A DNA stretch of 64,000 bases, taken from assembly GCA_964467655.1 (NCBI GenBank), contig CAYXSN010000003.1:34714-98713 (forward strand), written 5' to 3'. Under the pieces are notes generated by a model. It searched no databases, was not told where the DNA came from, and saw nothing but the letters and a program-made list of their open reading frames with translations. Shown piece after piece: positions 57,101-64,000 of this stretch (positions are counted from its first letter, which is position 1; every line of letters starts with the position of its first letter). The DNA is from an uncultured Candidatus Saccharimonadales bacterium (GTDB taxonomy: Bacteria; Patescibacteriota; Saccharimonadia; UBA4664). The translations under genes were made by a program, and so were the position numbers.

Positions 57101-57977
57101 CAGCCCGCTCACCGCCAACTGGATGTCCGGCGCCAGCTTCATGCAGGGCGATTACAACGGTACACCCAAGACAACTGGTTTCGGCACGTGGCGTAACAGT
57201 TCACCGGTCACCATTGTGGGCACCTGGTGCGACAAGCCAGGCTGTACCGATGGATCCGCCGCCAATGATTACGACTCATTCAACGGCGCCATGGACATCG
57301 CCATCGGCGGCATCTTCAAACAAAACGGCGAATCCTGGTCGGCCGCCGCCGGCGGAGCCTACAATTCTCGTTGGCAAGGTGCCATCAGCAACATCGCCTC
57401 CCACCGCCAGGGTAAAGGCCTCACATTCATCAGGTTTGCTCACGAAGCCAATATGAACTTCTCAGACTGGAGCGTCATGCCGGGTGAAGAAGCCAACTAC
57501 ATTACTACTTTCTGCAACGTAGCCAACATGGCGCACGCCGCCGGTCTCAAGGTGACCTGGTCGCTCAATGACGGCACACTGGGCGGCGCTGCCGGCCCTG
57601 CCACCATGTATCCCGGTGACGCCTGCGTCGACGTCGTGGGACCCGACACCTACGACTGGGACACGCCTCAGGTATCGGTCGTAAATGGTCAGGTTACCGG
57701 TATCGAATCATGGCGCCAGTTTGCCCTAAGCCACAACAAGCCCCTAGCCTTCCCCGAATGGGGCGCCAACAACACCCAAGGCCAGACCAAAGATAACCCC
57801 GCCTACATCACCGCCATGAACACGTTCATGGCTACCAACGGCGGATCAGGCCCAGGCCAGTTCATCTATGACATCTATTTCAATGAAGACGAGAGTGGCT
57901 ACCGCATCGGATTATGGCCAACCGCCGATGTCCCGCAGATGGCTAACACCTATAAAGCTCTCAAGTGGGGGAATTAA
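54180..57977 (+). CDS. Large single-pass surface protein with a C-terminal glycoside-hydrolase-like (clan GH-A, GH26/GH5-like) TIM-barrel domain
   Basis: 1265 aa. Disordered N-terminal ~210 aa, transmembrane helix GGGGMGIVLALIFATLAFLPL, and a ~1000-aa exodomain. C-terminal FIRFAHEANM (candidate acid/base Glu) and LAFPEWG (candidate nucleophile Glu). Confidence 0.5.
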   Translation: MALRSAAGLKSSSGMEPPRQTFKDALVAQKASSSQKTTTAQKPVMTQMSPMGGSQTSKPDTITRPRNESINEPNTASNTSIAPSSQAADLKTGDSKFDAVHGDNRGQQMVANAGTARPEANDDAWASPDATASSNAGGPPDSGGKAGVMSPGADPNRASQSRIPGNDAEARANYANNVSNGPVGRRIAGKTFDFANRHRKSLIFGGGGMGIVLALIFATLAFLPLKLESFMNNVISNEGKRMEHYATRRAEIMTYRYLMNAANGTIESDPLYTSSNIVRMMWGNFQKDRFIEKLQTSKGITVERGGSAGSIRFTTASGQVVEASNLSQLMDVLKSNPAGTGIEAEIGKFMENEYKWFRIFQRRSIRYYLAKAYGIKRWSIDKKEDKVDPKSKVHSTEIQARELALDGPNEKTINAIGCVAAPENCNGEDSNRRSTDPNGESTIDPPNTTGGNEEESKAQAEAKKGLLERYRNLKTTAGNKILATLTELIGSEVIAKGILKAVPFIGWISFAADIDHFIWGGSWSQVGINLRALQYVSVAQTWATLKDQMKADELTASQINVLMLMLDGIEKSNAFQRTNSANTNGGVTIPEEKRVGSDGAFIDPEPAGQGICGITYPLSNEYRGIPVNGLSITNYEPWTLLYRRVVTTPLLIGAGNVHFDLCTFRAVFQRFMGVIMLGVKNIPGVGQFISTFQTLTQFVMQTEIIQRLVEQGSHYVTAFLERVFGLVYNGEWGAPLANTIDGGWEVITNAVTRDHMGGKAISYSLSYEQTTQYALEDQQKLNAEGPFASLLAWNTPGSTGSKLLAALPSTPSALANRFTDLASSLFLHPASYFSKLAYNFSTGSLAVDPASLRSPAGVMHIGFDAAEVNDSNIYIAVKDINGPPVNGAYPGQPDGRIDEYDCIEGSGSGESLHIVGTTDRADDITKTNRCLYDTSVALPLCSGGSSNDDGGLGQGGDPGPCGRVAGTSATGQAGSPLTANWMSGASFMQGDYNGTPKTTGFGTWRNSSPVTIVGTWCDKPGCTDGSAANDYDSFNGAMDIAIGGIFKQNGESWSAAAGGAYNSRWQGAISNIASHRQGKGLTFIRFAHEANMNFSDWSVMPGEEANYITTFCNVANMAHAAGLKVTWSLNDGTLGGAAGPATMYPGDACVDVVGPDTYDWDTPQVSVVNGQVTGIESWRQFALSHNKPLAFPEWGANNTQGQTKDNPAYITAMNTFMATNGGSGPGQFIYDIYFNEDESGYRIGLWPTADVPQMANTYKALKWGN

Positions 57978-59260
57978 TAACAGCCATGCTCAAGCGTTTT
58001 ACCACCATTCTCGTCCTCGCACTTACAGCACAGCTGGCGTTTGCCCCGACTGCTAAAGCCATTTTCAACTACGACAATAAAGCAGTTACCAAAGAATACA
58101 TCTATTGGGACAACCGGGTGACTGCCGATTGCCCCAGCGCCACCGACCTGTCAGGAAACAGTCCTACCGGCACCGATTCGGCGGCAGCCGCTGCCCGCAA
58201 GAAAGTTATTTGGGATTTTCTTACAGCTCCCGGCCGTCTGACAGCCCCTCAAGCTGCTGGGGTACTGGCCAATATGACAGTTGAAAGTGCCCATACTTTT
58301 GATCCAACGATTGTGCAGGGCGGTACCTATAAAGCCACGCCTGAAGGCGTGAATAACGGTTACGGCATCGTGCAATGGACTCCCGGCACCAAACTACTGA
58401 AATATGCCGACATTGCCGCAAACCCCACGCTCGGAGGCAACCTCACCCGCCAGCTGAACGTCCTATGGGACCAGCTAACCAATGCGAGCTCGCCGTTACC
58501 GGAAAAGGCTGCCGGCGACGCCCTCAAAGCCACCACTACAGCCGAGCAAGCTGCCGTAGCCTTTATGATCGGGTATGAGCGGCCGGCCGACAAGTCACTG
58601 GATGCCCGAGACGGCCGCGCAGCCTTAGCCAACCCCATCCTCGTCGAAATGACCGGCGGCACCAGTGGCACGATTACGCCTCTAACGACCACAAATGGCA
58701 CTCCCGTCACCACATCATCAAGCTGCCCGTCGGCTACATCCCAAGCCAGCGCTAGCATTGATACAGCCCATATGTTTGAGTCATCAGTGAGTATCCAATG
58801 TGCTCCCGGCACAACTGATGCCGGCGTTCAAGACGGCTACCACAATGGTATCATGGTCAAGATCAGGGTCTGCGCCATACCAAACTTTCCATGCACCAAT
58901 GAAGAATGCCAGGAACTCGGCAATGGTCATGCCCTAGTGAACTCCCGAGCCTCTGGCGCAATCCTCAAGATGATTACCGACGCCATAGCTGCCCGTGATC
59001 AAGCAGGTAAGAGTTATCAGATCAACGCGTCATCAACCTTCCGTACTATGGCCCACCAGACAGCCCTCTATAATGCGCCTCACTCCGATCCAGTTGCCAA
59101 ACCCGGCTTCTCCAATCACCAGATGGGCCTAGCGATCGATTTCGGCTTCTGGAAAAATACCAATACCGGACTCTATGATTGGCTCAAAGCCAACGCCTCG
59201 CGATATGGCTACCAGCAACTGCCAAGTGAAGTTTGGCACTGGTCCACCAATGGTGGTTAA
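57965..59260 (+). CDS. Secreted bifunctional cell-wall hydrolase: phage-tail-lysozyme-like domain plus peptidase-M15 (VanY/D-Ala-D-Ala carboxypeptidase-like) domain
   Basis: Signal peptide MLKRFTTILVLALTAQLAFAPTAKA. N-terminal domain ANMTVESAHTFDP...GYGIVQWTPG. C-terminal domain SNHQMGLAIDF (SxHxxGxAxD) plus EVWHW (ExxH). Confidence 0.7.
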   Translation: MGELITAMLKRFTTILVLALTAQLAFAPTAKAIFNYDNKAVTKEYIYWDNRVTADCPSATDLSGNSPTGTDSAAAAARKKVIWDFLTAPGRLTAPQAAGVLANMTVESAHTFDPTIVQGGTYKATPEGVNNGYGIVQWTPGTKLLKYADIAANPTLGGNLTRQLNVLWDQLTNASSPLPEKAAGDALKATTTAEQAAVAFMIGYERPADKSLDARDGRAALANPILVEMTGGTSGTITPLTTTNGTPVTTSSSCPSATSQASASIDTAHMFESSVSIQCAPGTTDAGVQDGYHNGIMVKIRVCAIPNFPCTNEECQELGNGHALVNSRASGAILKMITDAIAARDQAGKSYQINASSTFRTMAHQTALYNAPHSDPVAKPGFSNHQMGLAIDFGFWKNTNTGLYDWLKANASRYGYQQLPSEVWHWSTNGG

Positions 59261-59287
59261 AATAATAACTCAATAGGAAGTACCCCA

Positions 59288-60775
59288 ATGCGCCTAAAAC
59301 TTATCCTCCTAGCCCTCGGCATTACGATACTAGCTGCCAGTGCCAGCCTCTGGAACTATTCAAGGATTCAAATGAGCGTGCCCAACATCTCTGGTGAGTA
59401 CACCATCACCCTAGAGAACCAAGCCGATGGCAAAGCCACCGTCACCAAGACTAGCTCCAAGTCTTTCAGCAAAATCGTCAGCAAAGGCTCCTACCGGGTC
59501 ATTGTGACCCAGGGCCAAAACTCCCGCTTCTTTCTCATTGATACAGCTCCGTTTTTGGCGACCACCAGCGTCACCGCCGAGCTTCAGACCCAGATCGCCC
59601 GCAGTTACATCGGCAACAGCCCCGGGGACTGCTTTTACCTAATCGCCAATGTTGCCCTTTCCAGCACTTGTACCGGTAGTCAGAGCCACATGACGTTACA
59701 CACACCAGCCACGGCCACCCAAGCCAGCTACAACCAGGATTACATCACCATCAGAGGCCGGTTCATGGACAGTCTCGAAACCGCCGGCGGCACAATAGTG
59801 TTGAGCCAGTCCATTGGTGATAGCGGTCCGCTGCTGCATCTGTTTACCGGTAAACTCGAACCCGCCAAATCAACTGAACTTTCAGGTCTGAAAGCCGGTG
59901 TTGAGTATCGCTTAAGCAATTATAAAGCTGGCTTTTTAGTCCATAACTTTGATTTTTCGGACGTCCAGTACTATTCGGCCTTCGGTGCCGCTGCTCAAAG
60001 CGTCACGTTTGAGGCTGCTCAAACCAAAGCATCCAAGCCCTCGGCAGTAGCCACCAACAACCAAGCGACAGCTGTAGCCTATTTCTCTGAGCGTTCCGAA
60101 GAAGACCAAGGCAAAAATATCACTGAAATCGTCTTGTCGACTCCCGGCAAAGCCACCCAGCATTTTACCACCCAAGGCCATATCACCAAACTCATGTTCT
60201 GCTCAACCCAAACTCTGTGCGCCCTCAACAGCTTGGGCAGTAGCCTGCAAGTTTACAAGCTTGAGGACAAGGGGATAGACAACGATTTTGACATCAAAGA
60301 TGTTTCAGATTTCTTACTCTATCAGAACCAGATTGTGGCCGCCCAAGGCAAAAGTGTTTACCGCATTAATCCTGATGACCAATCAGGCTTCCAAGAATAC
60401 AGCTTTGGTGCCTATAACTTCTGCGGCTTCAGCCCCGCACCCAACGGCTACGTACTCTGCATCGCTGGCGCCAAAAACGGCCGGGCGCTCCTGAGACTTG
60501 ATGAAACAGCCGCCATCATCAACTCGGGTGCCATCGACCAGCAGTTAGCAAGCCTAAGTACCAAAACCGACATCATTAACCAGATCAGCGCCTACGGCCG
60601 GTTTATCACGGTAGTCCCCAAAGGTGACCTCATCATGAACTGGACCGCCCGCCGCCTTGAGCCAGACCCCGTAAAACAAGCCACCATCAACGGTCAAATC
60701 AATGCCACCATCAACGAACTTGGTATTGATAGAAGCAAGTACCAGATTTCAATTACCGCACCTCTCGGTGATTAA
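59288..60775 (+). CDS. Secreted hypothetical protein (495 aa) at the distal end of the T4SS-like cluster
   Basis: Signal peptide MRLKLILLALGITILAASASL. Composition looks beta-strand-rich. No known motif. Confidence 0.5.
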   Translation: MRLKLILLALGITILAASASLWNYSRIQMSVPNISGEYTITLENQADGKATVTKTSSKSFSKIVSKGSYRVIVTQGQNSRFFLIDTAPFLATTSVTAELQTQIARSYIGNSPGDCFYLIANVALSSTCTGSQSHMTLHTPATATQASYNQDYITIRGRFMDSLETAGGTIVLSQSIGDSGPLLHLFTGKLEPAKSTELSGLKAGVEYRLSNYKAGFLVHNFDFSDVQYYSAFGAAAQSVTFEAAQTKASKPSAVATNNQATAVAYFSERSEEDQGKNITEIVLSTPGKATQHFTTQGHITKLMFCSTQTLCALNSLGSSLQVYKLEDKGIDNDFDIKDVSDFLLYQNQIVAAQGKSVYRINPDDQSGFQEYSFGAYNFCGFSPAPNGYVLCIAGAKNGRALLRLDETAAIINSGAIDQQLASLSTKTDIINQISAYGRFITVVPKGDLIMNWTARRLEPDPVKQATINGQINATINELGIDRSKYQISITAPLGD

Positions 60776-60786
60776 AACTGACGCCC

Positions 60787-61083
60787 CTAAATCGAGCTGA
60801 TCGTAATCATTACCCTCACGCGCCCCGGCTGGCCAGGTACAGGGGTAGGGGAGCCACTCGTCTTCAAACCAGCCAGAGCCACCAGCTCCAGCTGACGCAT
60901 CCGCAACGCTCCAGCTACAGCCGCACTTGACGTCACGAGTCTTAAAGTTCCCTGGTGCCACTGACGGGCCCTCACTTTACCCGGATACCATTCATCCACC
61001 ACCTTTTGAACCACTTCCAACACATCCTGGCGGTCAAGCCCTAATTGCTGACGCTTGTGTTCAAAATAAGCCGGATCTATCAT
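60787..61083 (-). CDS. DUF721/DciA-like small protein downstream of recF
   Basis: 98 aa in the conserved dnaA-dnaN-recF-DUF721 position. Overlaps the recF stop by 4 bp. The sequence match is weak (KRQQLGL...LVTSSAAVAGALRMRQLEL). Confidence 0.45.
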   Translation of the reverse strand: MIDPAYFEHKRQQLGLDRQDVLEVVQKVVDEWYPGKVRARQWHQGTLRLVTSSAAVAGALRMRQLELVALAGLKTSGSPTPVPGQPGRVRVMITISSI

Positions 61084-62141
61084 ACTTCACCAGTCCAGAT
61101 CGTAGCGTGATCAGTCCTAAATTCCCTGGTCACGGCATCAGCATCGGTAGTCGTAATCACGGTCTGGTATCCTCCTAATCTATCAAGCAAATAAGCTCGT
61201 CGCTGTTTATCGAGCTCGCTAAAAACATCATCAAGCAAGAGGAGGGGACGCACCCCGGTCTGAGCCTGGGCATAGGCCAATTCAGCCAGCTTCAAAGCCA
61301 ACACCACAGTCCGAACTTCACCACGTGATGCCACATTGACGACTTCGCCGGTTTTAAATTTGGCACCAAAGTCTTCACGGTGGGGTCCGATAGTGGTAAA
61401 GCCGGCTGCAAAATCTCTATCCAATTGCCGCTCCAGTACCGTCAAAAAATCAGCTTCGTAATCACCCGATATGCTCGGTTGATACTCCAAAGCCACAGCC
61501 ACAGCCTCGCCAGCAATCTCCCGGTATAACTCGGGCAATTTACTGTTCACAATTTCTAGGTAACGCTGGCGCTTTTTGCAGATATCAACTGCCAACTCCG
61601 CTAGTTTAACGTTCCAAGCAAACAGTTGGTCGCGGGGTGGCAACGACCACTTCTTGGCATCAAGTAGAGCATTGCGCTGCTTGAGTACTCGCCGGTACTG
61701 CATGAGGGCCACCAAATAGAGTCGATCGGTCTGACAGAGCACAAAATCAAGGTACCGCCGCCGGCCTTCTGGAGGACCCTGAAGCATACCCAATTCAGTT
61801 GGTTCAAACAACGTCACCTGCAACCGGCCGATATGAGCGGCCAGCGTCCGCTTCAGACCGTCATGGGTCACTTTTTTGGTCACACCACCACTAAAACTGG
61901 CAGCCAAAGCCATCTCCATTTCACCCCCCGCCACCAACCGGTAAAAATCAGCCCCATGATGAACCACATCCCGATCGCGAGCCCGAAAGCTTTTGGTGGA
62001 AGCCAACACGTAAAGTGCCTCCAATAGGTTCGTTTTACCAGTAGCATTCGGCCCCACCACCAGAGTTACTTCGGGATGCAATTCAAATTTGGCGGCCGCA
62101 TACGACCTGAAGTTCGCCAGCTCCAGTTGGGAGATGATCAC
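61080..62141 (-). CDS. recF: DNA replication and repair protein RecF
   Basis: Walker A VVGPNATGKTNLLEAL and C-terminal signature/Walker B LLLLDDVFSELD. 353 aa. Confidence 0.92.
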   Translation of the reverse strand: MIISQLELANFRSYAAAKFELHPEVTLVVGPNATGKTNLLEALYVLASTKSFRARDRDVVHHGADFYRLVAGGEMEMALAASFSGGVTKKVTHDGLKRTLAAHIGRLQVTLFEPTELGMLQGPPEGRRRYLDFVLCQTDRLYLVALMQYRRVLKQRNALLDAKKWSLPPRDQLFAWNVKLAELAVDICKKRQRYLEIVNSKLPELYREIAGEAVAVALEYQPSISGDYEADFLTVLERQLDRDFAAGFTTIGPHREDFGAKFKTGEVVNVASRGEVRTVVLALKLAELAYAQAQTGVRPLLLLDDVFSELDKQRRAYLLDRLGGYQTVITTTDADAVTREFRTDHATIWTGEV

Positions 62142-63247
62142 GTGCGCAGCGGCATAATGATGTGCAGGTAATCATCGGCCGCCTCCTCGCCAGCTGGAGA
62201 CAGTACGCAGGCCTTGTCCTTACCGCTCGTCGCAAACATGACGGTCGAGGTCTTCATGACGGCTAGGGCGTCGGTAAGATACCGGGCATTGAGCGACACC
62301 ACGGCATCATCACCACTTACTTCGCAATCGGCCGCCGAAGTATTGCCACCCACCTCTGAATCACCGCTCATCACCCGCACCTGACCCTCTGCTTGAATCT
62401 CGAGCTTCACACTACCGGCACTTTCCCGCGCAAACAAGCTGGCCACTTTAGTGATTCTCGTAAACTCACTCACTTCAATCTCAAACGAAGTCTCAGCCTG
62501 CTCAGGTAAAATACCACGATAAGGAGGAAACTGCCCCTCAATCAACCGTGACACCAACTCGATATCACCCAGCCGCCACATGACCTGGTTTTCATCCATG
62601 TATAATTCAACAGGCTCAGTAACATCAGCCAATAATCTCATTAGCTCCTGCATAGTCCGAGCCGGCACAATTACTTTGAGCTCTTCTTGAGGCGACTTCT
62701 CCAACGGCATCCGTTTTTCGGCCAGGCGGTACGAATCGGTCGCCACCAGATATAAATTGTCGTCCTCGGTATACAAATACACACCAGCCAACACCGGCCT
62801 GGCTTCATCCGCTGAAGCCGCTACCACTACCTGCACCAAGGCTTCCCGCAGCGCTGCCGCTTCTACAGTAAGTACCGGATCAGCTGTGATAGTGGGGATT
62901 TCAGGAAATTCCTCAGCCGCAATTCCGTTAATCTTCGATTCATAATTAGGTGCCTTCACCACTAAGACAGCGTCTTCAGCCATGAGCTCGATAGTGCCAT
63001 GAGGCAGACTCGAGACAAACTCACTCACAAGCCTAGCTGGCACCGTGACGGCTCCTTGCTCTTCTACCTTGGAGCCTACCCAATAGTTAATACCGATCTC
63101 AAGATTGGTCGCCGACAACCTCAAACGATTACCATCAGTTGCCAGTAAAACGTGTGACAGTACCGGCAGACTGGCTCTCGTTGATACTACCCGGCCGACG
63201 CTTGACAGAGCTTTGGACAAGTTCTCTTGTGTGAGGCTAAGTCTCAT
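62138..63247 (-). CDS. dnaN: DNA polymerase III beta sliding clamp
   Basis: 369 aa with three-domain clamp layout. N-terminus MRLSLTQENLSKALSSVGRVVSTRASLPVLSHVLL. Overlaps recF by 4 bp. Confidence 0.9.
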   Translation of the reverse strand: MRLSLTQENLSKALSSVGRVVSTRASLPVLSHVLLATDGNRLRLSATNLEIGINYWVGSKVEEQGAVTVPARLVSEFVSSLPHGTIELMAEDAVLVVKAPNYESKINGIAAEEFPEIPTITADPVLTVEAAALREALVQVVVAASADEARPVLAGVYLYTEDDNLYLVATDSYRLAEKRMPLEKSPQEELKVIVPARTMQELMRLLADVTEPVELYMDENQVMWRLGDIELVSRLIEGQFPPYRGILPEQAETSFEIEVSEFTRITKVASLFARESAGSVKLEIQAEGQVRVMSGDSEVGGNTSAADCEVSGDDAVVSLNARYLTDALAVMKTSTVMFATSGKDKACVLSPAGEEAADDYLHIIMPLRT

Positions 63248-63384
63248 ATATTCTTTCCCCAGGTAATTGCCTTATTATTTTTCTTTCTCATAATCATCAT
63301 AGTAATCATAGGTCCTGTGGAAAGTGGGTAAAAACCGGAACAGAGCTTACTACAAGCCTAATATGGCTAAATGGCTTGGGTAAG

Positions 63385-63470
63385 AACGGCGGACAACCTG
63401 CGGACAACCTGCGGATAGACCTGTGTAAAGCTGGTCGCCGCCGGTCCCGGGCCTGTGTACGGGACCATTG
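63385..63470. promoter_or_regulatory. Candidate oriC element: three tandem DnaA-box-like 11-mers plus a palindrome in the dnaN-dnaA spacer
   Basis: cggacaacctg twice plus cggatagacctg at 63390-63422; TGCGGACAA versus TGTGGATAA is two mismatches. Palindrome ggtcccg...cgggacc at 63444-63467. Confidence 0.4.
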
Positions 63471-63539
63471 TTGCTCACAGAGCTTCCCCCAAGTTTCCCC
63501 AGTCTTTTCCACGTAGTTGTCCCCCTGTTTATTCACGGC

Positions 63540-64000
63540 TCATCCAGTCAGTCCCAGCTGCTCGCGTACTGCCATTATGTCGCTACGCAAGACATCATCC
63601 GAGTCGATCAACTTTTCCAGCTTTTGTACCGAGTGCATGGCGGTTGTATGATCGCGGCCACCCACAGCTGCAGCAATCTTCGGAAAACTCAGGTCGAGGT
63701 CGGCTCTCATGAGATACATAGCAATTTGCCGAGGCACCACGATTTCTTTGTCCCGTTTAGGGCCTTCAAGATCGGCGACCGTCAGATCAAAATATCTGGC
63801 TACCCGCTCCAGTACGGTTTTGGCGTTGGTGACTCTCAGCCGTGGCCGAGCCGCCGCATCGCTAGCCAGCAAGCTGCGCACCCGTTCGAGTGACATCGAG
63901 CCTTGTTTATGCTCAAGATCAGCCAGTACTTTTGTGAGCGTACCTTCTAGCTCCCTGATGTTGTGCTGGGCATGGCGGGCAATAAAATCAACAACCTCCA
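63540..64000 (-). CDS. dnaA: Chromosomal replication initiator DnaA (C-terminal part; the gene runs past the window edge)
   Basis: Domain IV HTH PRQIAMYLMR...GGRDHTTAMHSVQKL. The frame is open to position 64000 (…VVDFIARHAQHNIRELEGTLTKVLADL). Confidence 0.9.
   Translation of the reverse strand, partial: EVVDFIARHAQHNIRELEGTLTKVLADLEHKQGSMSLERVRSLLASDAAARPRLRVTNAKTVLERVARYFDLTVADLEGPKRDKEIVVPRQIAMYLMRADLDLSFPKIAAAVGGRDHTTAMHSVQKLEKLIDSDDVLRSDIMAVREQLGLTG

Noticed and set aside
63306-63893. ORFs 63306-63536(-), 63455-63712(+) and 63468-63893(+)
   Set aside because: The first lies in the dnaN-dnaA spacer that holds the DnaA-box-like repeats. The plus-strand ones are antisense to dnaA domain IV.
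63894-63910. Apparent frameshift or stop inside dnaA near 63897-63908
   Set aside because: This was my own transcription slip. Re-reading the bases shows one continuous minus-strand frame (…LEHKQGSMSLERVRSLL…) to the window edge, so there is no frameshift.

Overview
This 64 kb window is chromosomal DNA of roughly 55-60% GC. It ends just before the replication origin: recF, dnaN and a partial dnaA lie on the minus strand at 61.1-64.0 kb, with DnaA-box-like tandem repeats in the dnaN-dnaA spacer. The gene content looks Gram-positive- or CPR/Saccharibacteria-like (a CIRCE element at groESL, two FemAB paralogs, ComFC, MurE), but I cannot assign taxonomy from sequence alone.

Most of the window is housekeeping genes:
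- groES-groEL, with a CIRCE-like operator upstream
- two phosphohexomutases and pgi
- pheA and tyrA
- murE, xth, valS
- tsaD, next to a TsaC-HIT fusion
- a small heat-shock protein (Hsp20 family)
- four tRNAs: Ser-CGA, Arg-GCG, Ser-UGA, Ser-GCU

The main discovery is a ~16 kb type-IV-secretion-like (conjugative-type) cluster at 44.65-60.8 kb. It contains:
- four tandem VirB2/TrbC-like pilin paralogs
- a 1463-aa VirB6/TraG-like polytopic membrane protein with a ~1000-aa charged C-terminal extension
- a VirB4 ATPase that appears split into two translationally coupled ORFs (TGATG overlap)
- a 1265-aa single-pass surface protein whose C-terminus resembles a clan GH-A glycoside hydrolase
- a secreted bifunctional cell-wall hydrolase (phage-tail-lysozyme-like domain plus M15 peptidase)
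- a 495-aa secreted protein of unknown function

Smaller points of interest:
- a low-GC islet holding a GHKL-ATPase/STAS-like (DUF4325-type) gene pair behind tandem palindromic operators
- a 9-G homopolymer that separates two ORFs which a single-base change would fuse
- a VapBC toxin-antitoxin pair wedged between the FemAB paralogs
- two glycosyltransferase/EPS-like membrane loci
- a Fic/Doc-motif gene remnant beside a tRNA
- an HTH-PRTase fusion
- a small secreted His/Asp/Cys-rich repeat protein
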